DNA from: Monocercomonoides exilis PA203
Taxonomy: Eukaryota > Protista > Preaxostyla
Assembly (NCBI GenBank): GCA_001643675.2
Contig: LSRY02000017.1
Span: forward strand, 992,001-1,056,000
DNA: 64,000 nt
Direction: 5' to 3'
In this document: one piece after another, positions 38,960-51,400 of the stretch
Layout: every line of letters starts with the position of its first letter
Position numbering within the stretch: position 1 is the stretch's first letter
The notes under the pieces: model-generated
What the model was told of the DNA's origin: nothing
Seen by the model: the letters and a program-made list of their open reading frames with translations, nothing else
Database searches by the model: none
Translations under genes and position numbers: made by a program

Positions 38960-39665
38960 AGACCTTAAACGAATTGAGCGGGTCAATTCGAATTGATTAA
39001 GTCAAAACGTTTTATGTCTTTTTTAATGGTTTTGACTCAACCAATTCGGTTTTCCCTCAATCTTATTTGTGATCAAAAAATCAAAAAATATGTATCTATT
39101 TTGATCGAAATTCTTAGAAGTTTTTTATGTTTTCTGAAACAGAGCAGTTTGTCTATAGTAATTTTTTGATATGCTTTTTATTTCATTGTTGTTTTTGTGT
39201 ATGAATGATATTTATTGATGATCACGAACAAAATGTCGATAAATTTGGTGATTGATATTTTGGTTTTTTCCATTGAAATTACACATTTTTTACTTATTCG
39301 CATTCATTGTAATAGCCGCTGATTTTGAAATAGTTGAGAAACCCAATGATTTAAGTTAATTTCTGTTTTTGATGGATGTTTTCCTCAGAAAAATAAAGTT
39401 TGTTCATTTTTTTATGAACAATGTGTGAAATTTAACGATTTTATTCATTTTTATGTAATTATTTGAATAGATGTGTTTTCAATGAATAATTTTGTTGTTT
39501 AAGTCATTTGAATCTGTGTTTTTCTTTTCTTTTTAATTCAATTTTTTATAACCTTGGTCTATTTTGATCATTATATTTGAACACTTCAAATCAATAAATA
39601 ATAATCAAAAGAATGATATACACTTTTTATTTTTTGTATTCATTCTATTTTGACAGATAGAAAAT
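38960..39665 (+). mobile_element. PHIS-type MITE, array unit 8 (truncated)
   Basis: AGACCTTAAACGAATTG start; near-identical inverted match to ~27450-28146; cut off by the fold-back element. Confidence 0.85.
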
Positions 39666-41402
39666 GGCATAGGTTCAAACGCGTTCCTTTTGCAATTTGC
39701 GTTTTTAAACCATCAAATTATAACGAATTAATAGATAATAATTATTTAAAAACTTTTTATGGACCGATTTTTCGAAAAAAATTTTTCTTGTTGAAAAAAA
39801 TGACTTTTGAAAAATGACCCATAAAAACAAGAATTTCAATAAAATTTATTCAAATTTAAAAGAAAACGTGATTTTTACACATCCAATGTGCTTTTTTAAT
39901 AATATAAATTTATTTTATTAATTAATTTTCATCAAAAAATATAAATCATAAATAAAAAATTTAATTAAATATCTTTGATCTAACCCACAATAAAAATTTT
40001 AATATCTGGAAAATTTGAATATGCTGTTTTAGTTAAAATAGAACCTAAAAGTATGTAATTCGTTCACTTTTATATGTTAATATAAGTATATTATTATATG
40101 CTAACTTGTATAATATTGAAAACAGATTTTATTCACAGTTTCATTAAGGTGTGCTTTTTGACTTTAATTTTCATTAGCGTGCAGATGTTAATTTCAAAAT
40201 TGGTTGCAATGGAACGCAAAAGGTATTATATGATTCATAATATCAAATAAATATTCATTTTGTTTTTTTCTTTCAAATATTTTCTTTTCCTTTGATATGT
40301 TAATGTATTTTTTTATTAGACTCGATCAAAACATGCATTTATGAATTAATCTTGCAAAAATTAACAATAATCACACAAAATAATTCAATGTTGAATTATA
40401 AAAACAATGAACTTTATAAAAGTTTGTCATTTTTATGTTTCTATTAAAAAAATGAAAAATGAGATTGATTTTGTTTTTCAAGTGGATAGGATGTTGTAAT
40501 ATGTGGAAGTGAAGAAGAACCATGCCAAATGATGTGCAAATGGATGGAAAATATGAAAATGGGAAATGAAAAGAAAATAATTCAGATTGAAAAGCAAAAT
40601 CAATCTCATTTTTCATTTTTTTAATAGAAACATAAAAATGACAAACTTTTATAAAGTTCATTGTTTTTATAATTCAACATTGAATTATTTTGTGTGATTA
40701 TTGTTAATTTTTGCAAGATTAATTCATAAATGCATGTTTTGATCGAGTCTAATAAAAAAATACATTAACATATCAAAGGAAAAGAAAATATTTGAAAGAA
40801 AAAAACAAAATGAATATTTATTTGATATTATGAATCATATAATACCTTTTGCGTTCCATTGCAACCAATTTTGAAATTAACATCTGCACGCTAATGAAAA
40901 TTAAAGTCAAAAAGCACACCTTAATGAAACTGTGAATAAAATCTGTTTTCAATATTATACAAGTTAGCATATAATAATATACTTATATTAACATATAAAA
41001 GTGAACGAATTACATACTTTTAGGTTCTATTTTAACTAAAACAGCATATTCAAATTTTCCAGATATTAAAATTTTTATTGTGGGTTAGATCAAAGATATT
41101 TAATTAAATTTTTTATTTATGATTTATATTTTTTGATGAAAATTAATTAATAAAATAAATTTATATTATTAAAAAAGCACATTGGATGTGTAAAAATCAC
41201 GTTTTCTTTTAAATTTGAATAAATTTTATTGAAATTCTTGTTTTTATGGGTCATTTTTCAAAAGTCATTTTTTTCAACAAGAAAAATTTTTTTCGAAAAA
41301 TCGGTCCATAAAAAGTTTTTAAATAATTATTATCTATTAATTCGTTATAATTTGATGGTTTAAAAACGCAAATTGCAAAAGGAACGCGTTTGAACCTATG
41401 CC
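39666..41402. mobile_element. Fold-back element with ~810 bp inverted arms
   Basis: GGCATAGGTTCAAACGCGTTCC...GGAACGCGTTTGAACCTATGCC; spacer ~40482-40586; no TSD visible. Confidence 0.8.
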
Positions 41403-42090
41403 CACAACCTTCTTCTTCCTTTTCATCATCTTCTTCTTCAACTGCGTCTTCTTTCTCTTCTGTTTCTTCAAAACAAAATACGCTTTCATCTGATTTCCAA
41501 TCATTGTTGAATAAAAAGTGATTATCGTTATATTATTCTTTGTATAATTTCTTCTTCCATCTCATATTTTTGGAAATTGCTCATTATAAGTTTTTTCAAT
41601 TCTGAATTAATTTATTTTGAATAAAGAAACGATAATTGTGTTCACAAATAAAATAACGATACATATGTGTATTTTCTATTCAAAATATACAAATAAAAGC
41701 GAAATGAAAAAAAAAAAAAAAAAAACTTAAAAGTTTTCAAAACTGATTATTAACGTTAACTGCTTTTCTGACATTCAGATATAAATTTAATTTCTTCAAT
41801 TAATCAACTCTCGCTCGTGTCAAATATGTTTGATTTGAATTGTTAATCATGATTCGAATCGGAAGAAGAGATATTGAAAATAAACAACAAAAATATTAAT
41901 CAAAACAACAGTTCACAAATTCGTTTCATTTTTGAGGTGAACCAACAAGGAAGAGAGTGGAAATTTTCTGATTCAATATCTTGATCGAAATTGGTTTATA
42001 ATTGTTTTCGAAAAAGATTAAGATATGATCTATTCTTTTCAGATGTTATAATGTCAAAAAAAAAAAATGCATTCAATTCACAAATGTTCA
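41403..42090 (+). mobile_element. 3' remnant of a PHIS element related to unit 3 (array unit 9)
   Basis: Colinear with 31470-32198 (..QSLLNKK*, CGAATCGGAAGAAGAGAT, end ..GTTCA), followed by ACT at 42091-42093. Confidence 0.75.
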
Positions 42091-42139
42091 ACTTCAATGG
42101 CGGGTGAGTAAATCAGATCAGATCAATTATTATTTTGTC

Positions 42140-45100
42140 GGCAAGATAAAATCTTGTCGACAAATGATTTGAGCTAAAATACAAATAATAAATGAAAAGC
42201 GCTCTTTTTCTAATTATTTTAAAATTATTGTTATTTGGCGAAACTTTGTCTGTCATGTTCAGTTTAAAAATGCTTAAAATAAAAAATAATGGGTGTGATC
42301 ATTGAATAAATTTGTTCTTTCGCATATTTCTGCGTATTGCAAACTAATATTGATGAACTAGGCTGTGTGCAAATTTCTTGTTTATGTATGCTCATTTCTT
42401 CTGTTTTGTAGTTTAATTAATGTTGCACAGGTCGAAATTATCAAAACATGTTTGAATCTTAAGTAAGGACAAATTTTTGGAAAATAAGTTGATACGGGAC
42501 AAAATATGTCTAAATTTTTTTGAAAAGTTCCTTTCGTTAAATTTTCAAATAGAATAATAATTTCATATTTTGATCAAATATCTGTTTCCACTTGCCAAAT
42601 TTTGCTATTATGAAGATAAAATCTTTATAATGTTTATTTTTTCATTTCAGTGATATTTGATGAGTGGGAACATAAATTTGATCAAAATATGAAATTTTTG
42701 TTATATTAGAAAATTAAACAAAAGGAACTTTTCAAAAAAATTTTGACATATATAACTACAAGCATTTTCATCGAAAAATTATGCACTGTTCATTGACTTT
42801 TTGTGATCAAAATATTTGAAAAAACAGGATTATTTTTTGAAATACATGTGAGGTCGCAAAACATAATGTTATAATATCAATGATGTTTGCCTACAGTAAT
42901 GAAAATCAAATTTATTTTGAAATCTGGTTAAGTTTAAAAATGTTATTAGAAAAACATTTTTTTTCATGCTTTGTGCATAAAAAGCTTGAAAGTCCGTATT
43001 TTCCCCCATATATGTTTTTATAATGGATTGAAATGTTCTCATCAAAATTAGTGAATCGATTAAATACTGGTTTGATTTTGTTTCTTGAATATATAATTGA
43101 TGATACTAATATTTTAAATTATTATTAATAAACAGGAAGTTGAATTGCCAGAGTGTATGTGCCTTATAGAATTCACGAAGCGTTGCGAATGAAATCGCGA
43201 GATATTTTAATTGGAGCTGTTAAAAATTATAATATGAACAAAGTGATTGTAAAAAAAAAGAGAGTATTATTAAAGAAGCCAAGAAGAAGGGAGAAAAGAT
43301 TGAAAAATTGGAAAAAGGTTTTTCCAAATTAAATCTTTTGTTTTTCAATGAGTTTTCGTTGAAGCAGATATCAATATGAATGAATTGTCTCATTAAAGTT
43401 GAGTTGAATTAAGAGGAAAACAAAGAAGCACAAAAAGAAGCGGAAATAGCCATGTTGGCTCTGATAACTTTAGGATTAAATGTATGAAAACTATTTTCTT
43501 TTTTATATTATTGATGTTTCCACCCCTCTATTTTCAAAAGAAATTGGTAAAGAACTTAACTTCGATGAAATCAAGATCATGGAATGTTTTAAAGATCATC
43601 ATAATCTCGCATAACTTGCATATCAGTCTGCTTGTGAGTTTTTGATTCGCAGATAGGACACTGACAAAGGTTTGGATGGAGAGATCGTGAATAAACTGCA
43701 TTTTGGAAGAGAGTCAATAAGAAAACTGGTAGATCAGTCTAAGCGTGCAAACTGGATGAAATGAAAAGAATATTATTGAGAGAAATAGGTAAGAATCAGC
43801 AGAAGTGGAAGGAAAGAAGAAAGAATCAGCAGAAGTGGAAGGAAAGAAGAAAGATGTTGTTGTAAATTATTTGAAATGGGTTATTCTTTTTGAAAAGTCG
43901 CAAATGTTTAATTTTCAAATAAACCAAAAATTACATATTTTGCTCATGTTTCTGTTTCAGCTCACAAGTGTCCTCAATAATGTTTGAAATAGATTATCAA
44001 GAAATGGATTCCATTTAAGTGAAATTGGATATTTGTTAACAAAATATTTAACAAAATATGAAAATTTTGAAGTATTAGAAAATTAAACATTTGCGACTTT
44101 TCAAAAAGAATAACCCATTTCAAATAATTTACAACAACATCTTTCTTCTTTCCTTCCACTTCTGCTGATTCTTTCTTCTTTCCTTCCACTTCTGCTGATT
44201 CTTACCTATTTCTCTCAATAATATTCTTTTCATTTCATCCAGTTTGCACGCTTAGACTGATCTACCAGTTTTCTTATTGACTCTCTTCCAAAATGCAGTT
44301 TATTCACGATCTCTCCATCCAAACCTTTGTCAGTGTCCTATCTGCGAATCAAAAACTCACAAGCAGACTGATATGCAAGTTATGCGAGATTATGATGATC
44401 TTTAAAACATTCCATGATCTTGATTTCATCGAAGTTAAGTTCTTTACCAATTTCTTTTGAAAATAGAGGGGTGGAAACATCAATAATATAAAAAAGAAAA
44501 TAGTTTTCATACATTTAATCCTAAAGTTATCAGAGCCAACATGGCTATTTCCGCTTCTTTTTGTGCTTCTTTGTTTTCCTCTTAATTCAACTCAACTTTA
44601 ATGAGACAATTCATTCATATTGATATCTGCTTCAACGAAAACTCATTGAAAAACAAAAGATTTAATTTGGAAAAACCTTTTTCCAATTTTTCAATCTTTT
44701 CTCCCTTCTTCTTGGCTTCTTTAATAATACTCTCTTTTTTTTTACAATCACTTTGTTCATATTATAATTTTTAACAGCTCCAATTAAAATATCTCGCGAT
44801 TTCATTCGCAACGCTTCGTGAATTCTATAAGGCACATACACTCTGGCAATTCAACTTCCTGTTTATTAATAATAATTTAAAATATTAGTATCATCAATTA
44901 TATATTCAAGAAACAAAATCAAACCAGTATTTAATCGATTCACTAATTTTGATGAGAACATTTCAATCCATTATAAAAACATATATGGGGGAAAATACGG
45001 ACTTTCAAGCTTTTTATGCACAAAGCATGAAAAAAATGTTTTTCTAATAACATTTTTAAACTTAACCAGATTTCAAAATAAATTTGATTTTCATTACTGT

Positions 45101-45853
45101 AAGCAAACATCATTGATATTATAACATTATGTTTTGCGACCTCACATGTATTTCAAAAAATAATCCTGTTTTTTCAAATATTTTGATCACAAAAAGTCAA
45201 TGAACAGTGCATAATTTTTCGATGAAAATGCTTGTAGTTATATATGTCAAAATTTTTTTGAAAAGTTCCTTTTGTTTAATTTTCTAATATAACAAAAATT
45301 TCATATTTTGATCAAATTTATGTTCCCACTCATCAAATATCACTGAAATGAAAAAATAAACATTATAAAGATTTTATCTTCATAATAGCAAAATTTGGCA
45401 AGTGGAAACAGATATTTGATCAAAATATGAAATTATTATTCTATTTGAAAATTTAACGAAAGGAACTTTTCAAAAAAATTTAGACATATTTTGTCCCGTA
45501 TCAACTTATTTTCCAAAAATTTGTCCTTACTTAAGATTCAAACATGTTTTGATAATTTCGACCTGTGCAACATTAATTAAACTACAAAACAGAAGAAATG
45601 AGCATACATAAACAAGAAATTTGCACACAGCCTAGTTCATCAATATTAGTTTGCAATACGCAGAAATATGCGAAAGAACAAATTTATTCAATGATCACAC
45701 CCATTATTTTTTATTTTAAGCATTTTTAAACTGAACATGACAGACAAAGTTTCGCCAAATAACAATAATTTTAAAATAATTAGAAAAAGAGCGCTTTTCA
45801 TTTATTATTTGTATTTTAGCTCAAATCATTTGTCGACAAGATTATATCTTGCC
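42140..45853. repeat. Large palindrome: ~1.78 kb arms (42140-43916 and 44078-45853), ~160 bp spacer
   Basis: Arms are near-perfect reverse complements; mirrored ORFs 43805(+) and 44189(-). Confidence 0.9.
43130..43870 (+). pseudogene. Highly decayed member of the same hypothetical family as 24330-25675 (mirrored in the right arm)
   Basis: GAGGAAAACAAAGAAGCACAAAAAGAAGCGGAAATAGCCATGTTGGCTCTG reads EENKEAQKEAEIAMLAL; later AYQSA-like and IVNKLHF segments. Confidence 0.55.
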
Positions 45854-46285
45854 AAAGAAAATAAATAAATAAAATTAACAATTGAAAAACTAACAAATTT
45901 TGCAATTTCTGATGTGACGTGATATATTCCAATAGATGCATCAAACTCCAATCTGGAATTTTTCGTTACTCATCTGATTTGGAAAGCATTGTTGGCATTT
46001 CATTATTTCAAATGAATATTCTTGCGTTTTGTGCTTGTTCCATTTTTTTTATGAATGTCTGGAATTTATTCATCCTTCTTCAACAATTGATACAATAGGT
46101 TCGCAAACAAAGTACAGGAATAATCCCTTTTTATGTGTATGGCTTTGTTGCCTTGCTTCGCTGCATGCATCCAACATCTAGACTTGAGTTTTTTTGCAAC
46201 AATAAAAACAAATACATCTTAGATACGTTATTTCAACACATCATAAGCGTGCTAACTACCCTGAGAGGGTCAATTTGACGAACAA

Positions 46286-47940
46286 TAGTCGGGGAGTTAA
46301 CCCGCTCAGAATAATAAAAATTTTGTTAATTGAGATCAAAATAATAATATTGTTCTTAATGTTTCAAAACCTAAAAAATCCAACTTTTTGTATTTGCAAT
46401 GAATCATATCAAACAAAAATTCAAATTCAGATAAAAAAATGTGGAAAAAATACTATCGACAGAGAAAATGTTCATGGAAAACAGTTATTTCAATAAATCA
46501 TTTAAATCATCTGAACTAAAAAAAATATTTCCACTTCTCGTATTTTCCGCATCTCTAACACGTGAGAAAGAAGTTGTAGACCATTCAGGCGGCTTGTCGG
46601 GTATAATTTTCAAAACAACTTCACGATTGAATGGCTGCCATCCTGTAATCTTCCAGCTGGCTTTTATTGTCGATGGGAAAGATGCCATGGCAATTGCTTA
46701 CTTCAGCAACGAAGCAAATTCCTTTCTTCGATCAGCAGCATTAATTACAGCTCCGCATTTCCATCCAGTTCGAAAGCATTTCTTCATATTTGCAAACACG
46801 TACTGATCGTTAGGTTGAAGTATATGTGTGGTGTGAGAAGGCAGTTGGATCATATCTATAAAATTATCTTTGCAAATTCTTAACATTTCAGGGGGAAAAT
46901 GTCCTGTGCCACTGTCCATGATAAGCACAGCGTGATTATGTGGTTTTCCGATGGCTAGACGTTTTTTCAAAATACTAGGAAGAATAGCCTTTGAAAAAAC
47001 GTCGAAGAATGCTGTGGAAGAAAGATGACCATTTTCGCTAGGTATGAATACCTCCATTTCTGTCTTTGCTTCTTTGAATTCTTCTGGAATTTTAGAATAT
47101 GGAACGATGATAGGTGTGAGATATCTGACTCCATCCGAGTTTGTCAGAAAGACGATGCTTGTTTATCTTGGCAATGAAGGTTCAGGCTGAATAGGCGATG
47201 AAGATGTGTGAATAGGAATGACCACAAAAGGATTAATCTCAGAAAACACCGTTGAATTCTCATCCAAATTAAAAATCAGTTGTGGGATGATACAAACCGT
47301 TTTGAAGAATTTTTCAATCATGACAAAAAATGGTTTCACAGTCTGTTTGGATGTTTGCAGCGCCCTGTGAACCGGAAGTTGCTTTGGAGGCTTCTGAATT
47401 AGATCTGGATATCTTGCAAAAAGCCGTTTTGGCCAATGCTTATCAACGCATTTCACTTCATTTTCTTCAGATCTTTTTTCAGCTCTAATTTCATTCGCCT
47501 GTGAATGTCAAAAAAAACAATTAAAAAACTCAACAAAAAAAAAACGAATAATTTTAGCAATTTCTGGTGTGGTGTGATAAATTCCTTTCGACGCATCAAA
47601 TTCTAATCTGGTTATTATACGTAACTCATCAGATTTTGTGAATATTGTTGGTTTTCCAGGCTTTCCAATGTATCGACCTGCGTTTTGAGCTTTTTCAGCT
47701 CTTTTCAATGAATGTCTTGTAATTTTTCCTCCTTCTTCAACAGCTGATTTCGAAAGTCCACAGACTAAGTGCAAGTATAATCCCTTTTCATGTGGATCTG
47801 TCAACGACCTCGCTTCGCTGGATGCAGCCAATCTCAAGACTTGTGTTTTTTGCAACGACATAAACGAAGTGATCTTTATCCCATTTTTTCAACGTTTCAT
47901 GAGCGGGTTAACTCCCCTGAGCGGGTTAACTCCCCGACTA
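46286..47940 (-). mobile_element. pogo/Fot-like DNA transposon, family 3
   Basis: 23-bp TIR TAGTCGGGGAGTTAACCCGCTCA; the motif is duplicated at the right end. Confidence 0.9.
46485..47861 (-). pseudogene. DDE_1-type transposase pseudogene
   Basis: GKPTIFT, NLDEN, MDSG...LPSHTTHILQPND. In-frame TAA at 47163 and 46698; intron near 47499-47550 with an apparently damaged donor. Confidence 0.85.
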
Positions 47941-47945
47941 AAATC

Positions 47946-48017
47946 GCCTCGGTAGCATAGTGGCAGTGCGTATGCCTTGTAAGCATAAGGTCGAGGGTTC
48001 AATTCCCTCTCGGGGCT
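47946..48017 (+). tRNA. tRNA-Thr (TGT)
   Basis: GCCTCGG/TCGGGGC acceptor, TATGC-CT TGT AA-GCATA anticodon arm, GAGGG TTCAATT CCCTC T arm, T-run terminator. Confidence 0.95.
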
Positions 48018-48405
48018 TTATTTTTATTAATTTCAAATTACATGTATTCTTTCTTGATAAGTAAATACGAAAAGAAGAAATTGTTTAGAATTATTTGTAG
48101 ATTATTTAATTTGACTAAATGTTTTTGATAAAGATCTTTCCTAACTGAATATTTGTTCGAATTATTGGTATTTGCTAAAGCTAATGCCATATGATTTCAA
48201 ACTTAACAAGGTCTTTTATCTCTTTGAAATATTTTTTAAATATATACAGAAATAAAAATTGCAAAACAAATGGCTTAACGAAAGCAATTATGAAATACCA
48301 ATAAACACAAAAGGATTTTCAATAGAAACAAAACAAAATTAAAAAATACTCTGAAATTTGAAAAAAAAAATAAGTGAATTACAATAATTTACACTTCGAA
48401 AAAAA

Positions 48406-51400
48406 TCACCACAAGGGCATCCATCCCAAATACATCTGATACAAATTCTCAATATTAGTCGCTTCCTCAATAAGAAAACGGGCTTGCGAAGCTGGAGATA
48501 ACACTTCTCCCCCAAATTCCTTTCCTTCCAGTTTATCTTCCACTCGAGCAATTGCATCGTTCGCTTTCTCTTTCGTCTTTTCTCGATTAGCCTCACAAGG
48601 AAACGTTTGAGCTCTTTTGTTTGGCCTTCCAACTGTTCTTTCATCAGCGTCTTTGTCCTGCTGGCTGAATGGCAGCTGGTTATCTGCAGGAGGTACAGTA
48701 CGTGTTGCAGGGGGGTGTGTTGCGTCTGTGTCCATTGTGAACCAATTGGCGAGCGGGTCGAGCACAAACGCCTCCAGCATCGCCAAGATGGATTCTTTGT
48801 TTGCCCGAAGCACTGATATGACCCGTTCGCATGTTCGCATAAAAGATCCTCTCAGGGCGCCTATGTCCATCGCGTTGATCATCATGCGCGTCAGCCTGAA
48901 CGGAACACACTCGGCAAACCTCTCTCTGTGCTTAGCCACTTCAAAGCAGTCGCCGAAGTCGATGTGCACCACCCGCGCTGTCTTCCTCTCGAGCATCAGA
49001 TTGCTCGGGTGTCTGTCTCCCAGCCCCAGCTTATGTCCCACAATGCTCATCGCAGCATTCGTCTGGGTGAATGAACGCCTCCGCTCAAACCAGGCATCGG
49101 TTGTCTGTTGGAAGATAATTTGACAGATAGAGTTGAAGCAAAGAAATAAACGATATAAAAATGATAGTTAAAAAAGGGAAAAAGCAAAACAGAGATGTTT
49201 CAATGCACATAATAAAGAAGAAGATGAAATTTATAAAGTAATTATGATGATATTAATCAATTGTTCATACATCGCTACCTAACCACAGGATGTCGTAGAG
49301 ATCTCTTCCTGGAGTGTTTGCTGCAACCCAATTCAGAACATCGAGTTTTTCCATCTTTGTCAGCAGTTCGTAGGCTGTTCTCTTTGGATCCTGATGCTGT
49401 GCAGGTGGGCAGATCTCTTCGGCTATCATTAAATGCTGCAAAAGAATAACAGAAAATACGTTTAAATGAAAATTTGACAAAAAAAGCAGAATTAAATAAA
49501 GATGTATTTTCATAAGCAAAACATTACTGGCATAAAAAATTCAAAAATTTTCTTTCTTTCTTTCTTTCTTTAATAATTTCAATCTTCATGTTTTCCACAC
49601 CTCCAAGTCTGTCTTTATTCCTCTGTCTGCTCTGTACTGCCTGATCAGTGTATGAAACGTGTCGTGACTGTTGAGCATGCCAATCAGCCCCGAGTTCGAA
49701 GACAGAGGCACCACAGGATACTTTCGGATGACCAGCCCTTCCATCATTTCTGTCTGGAAGATTGTATTGATCAGTCCAAACAGCTGCATCACCCGCTCAT
49801 CCAACCGCAGATCTTCCCTTCCTTTCAGCACGAACTGGAAGCTACTCCCATCCGACCCTCTTATCGTCAGAAGGCGAGGCCTCTGCTTCGATGAGAATAC
49901 CGTCAGCGTCTTTTCAAAAGAAGCCACATTCACCCGCGCCTTGTGGCTCAGCCGCGCATCACCTGAGATAGTGCCAGGGACTGCGATGTTGAAGCTGTCC
50001 TTCACATTCAGAATGGGCGAGTGCAGAGATAACTCGATGGTCTGGAACTTCGTGAAGCGCAGCATCTCAAACCAGATCGTCTTGTATACGTTCCATGCTG
50101 ACTCAAAGTTCTGAATCACTTTCGTTGCATCATATTTCTGGATGAATCATAATTTGAATAAAAAAGAAAAGAAAAGAAAAGAAAGAAGAAAAAAAGAAAG
50201 CAAATTAATAAATATATAAATAAAATGGAGAAAAATCCATCTCAAATATAAGGAAGGAATAAATGCCAAACCATCACGTATTGTTTAGCGACGATAAGCT
50301 TTGCCTCAAAGTTAGTCATAAAGTTCATTTCAGGAATGGTGTTGAGGCAGTATGCAAACTGCACAATTATCTCTTCCAAGTCGCTTCGGCTGAGCTGAGC
50401 CAGACTCAGCTTCCCTCTGCAAGACGGAACAGAAGACGATTGGAAGGCATCGAGATGGTCTGCAATCGACAGCTGGATGGGTGCAGCAGTAACCAGGTTA
50501 GAGTTAGTGAGCGGGTAAGCAGAAGAGGAAGAAGCAGAAGCAGAGGAAGAAGATGATGAAGCAGAAGCAGATGAAGATTGTTGATAAGCAGAGGCCGAGG
50601 CGGATGCTGACAGCGATTGCTGACCAGCCAATGCAGCAGCACCTGTCTGCTGTGGAGATGGTATCGTTTCGAGCTCCTTCGGTATCTGCTCTTCTGGAAT
50701 GTACTTGAGGAGGATCTCTCCCACCAGCATGCCTAGCCTGTCCTTCAGCTGCACTAATTCCTGTATTGCCTTTTTGTGGTCCTTTTTGGAGTCTGAGAGA
50801 AGAGAGTATAGATGGCCGAGGTCGTTGTATGCTCCGTCGATGTCTCTCTGTGTGTAGTACTTCCCGCTGATCTCGTCGAGCGCATAGCACCACAGCTCCT
50901 CCATCGTCACAGCCACTCTGATCAGCTCGTGTCCAACAAGCTTCGCATCATATACAATCCCCTTCGATCTGTCCACCATCTTCTGCAGCACATGGTTCGC
51001 AATGTCCTTCCGCAGCCCGTTCTCCGACTTCGAAGCGACAAGCAGAGGAAACAAGATAACATCTGGGTGTGTGCGTGAGATGCCAACGAGCAGCTCTTGC
51101 AGCTGTCCTCTCACTGGAATGTCCAGATCGAGCTGGGCGATGATCTGCGGGATTACACCCACCCAAATGTCCTGATGCGCTTTCGTCATCTCGTCGAAGA
51201 ATGGCTTCAGCGAGTCAATCACAAACAGATTGTGATACGTGGACAGCAAGTTCAGCAGCCTCAGCGTATCCTGCAGAGTGCTCCTTGTATTGTGAACGAT
51301 GGCACGGGTGAATGCCTCGAGTGTTCTGTACAGCAGCTTCAGCCAATCAACCGATTTATGCAGGTCATGGTTCTTCGAATATGCATGTGCCAGCGGAATA

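Noticed and set aside
22661-42093. CRISPR array
   Set aside because: The repeated junctions are paired transposon TIRs separated by kilobase elements. There are no cas genes and the context is eukaryotic.
5975-47165. TAA/TAG reassigned to Gln (as in some oxymonads), suggested by in-frame TAR stops in transposases at 5975, 29516, 32405, 37395, 46698 and 47163
   Set aside because: Long host ORFs have no internal TAR and Fab1 ends in TAA. Some stops align to Ser codons (TCA to TAA), a TGA stop also occurs, and Gln is encoded by CAA/CAG throughout. Ordinary pseudogene decay fits better.
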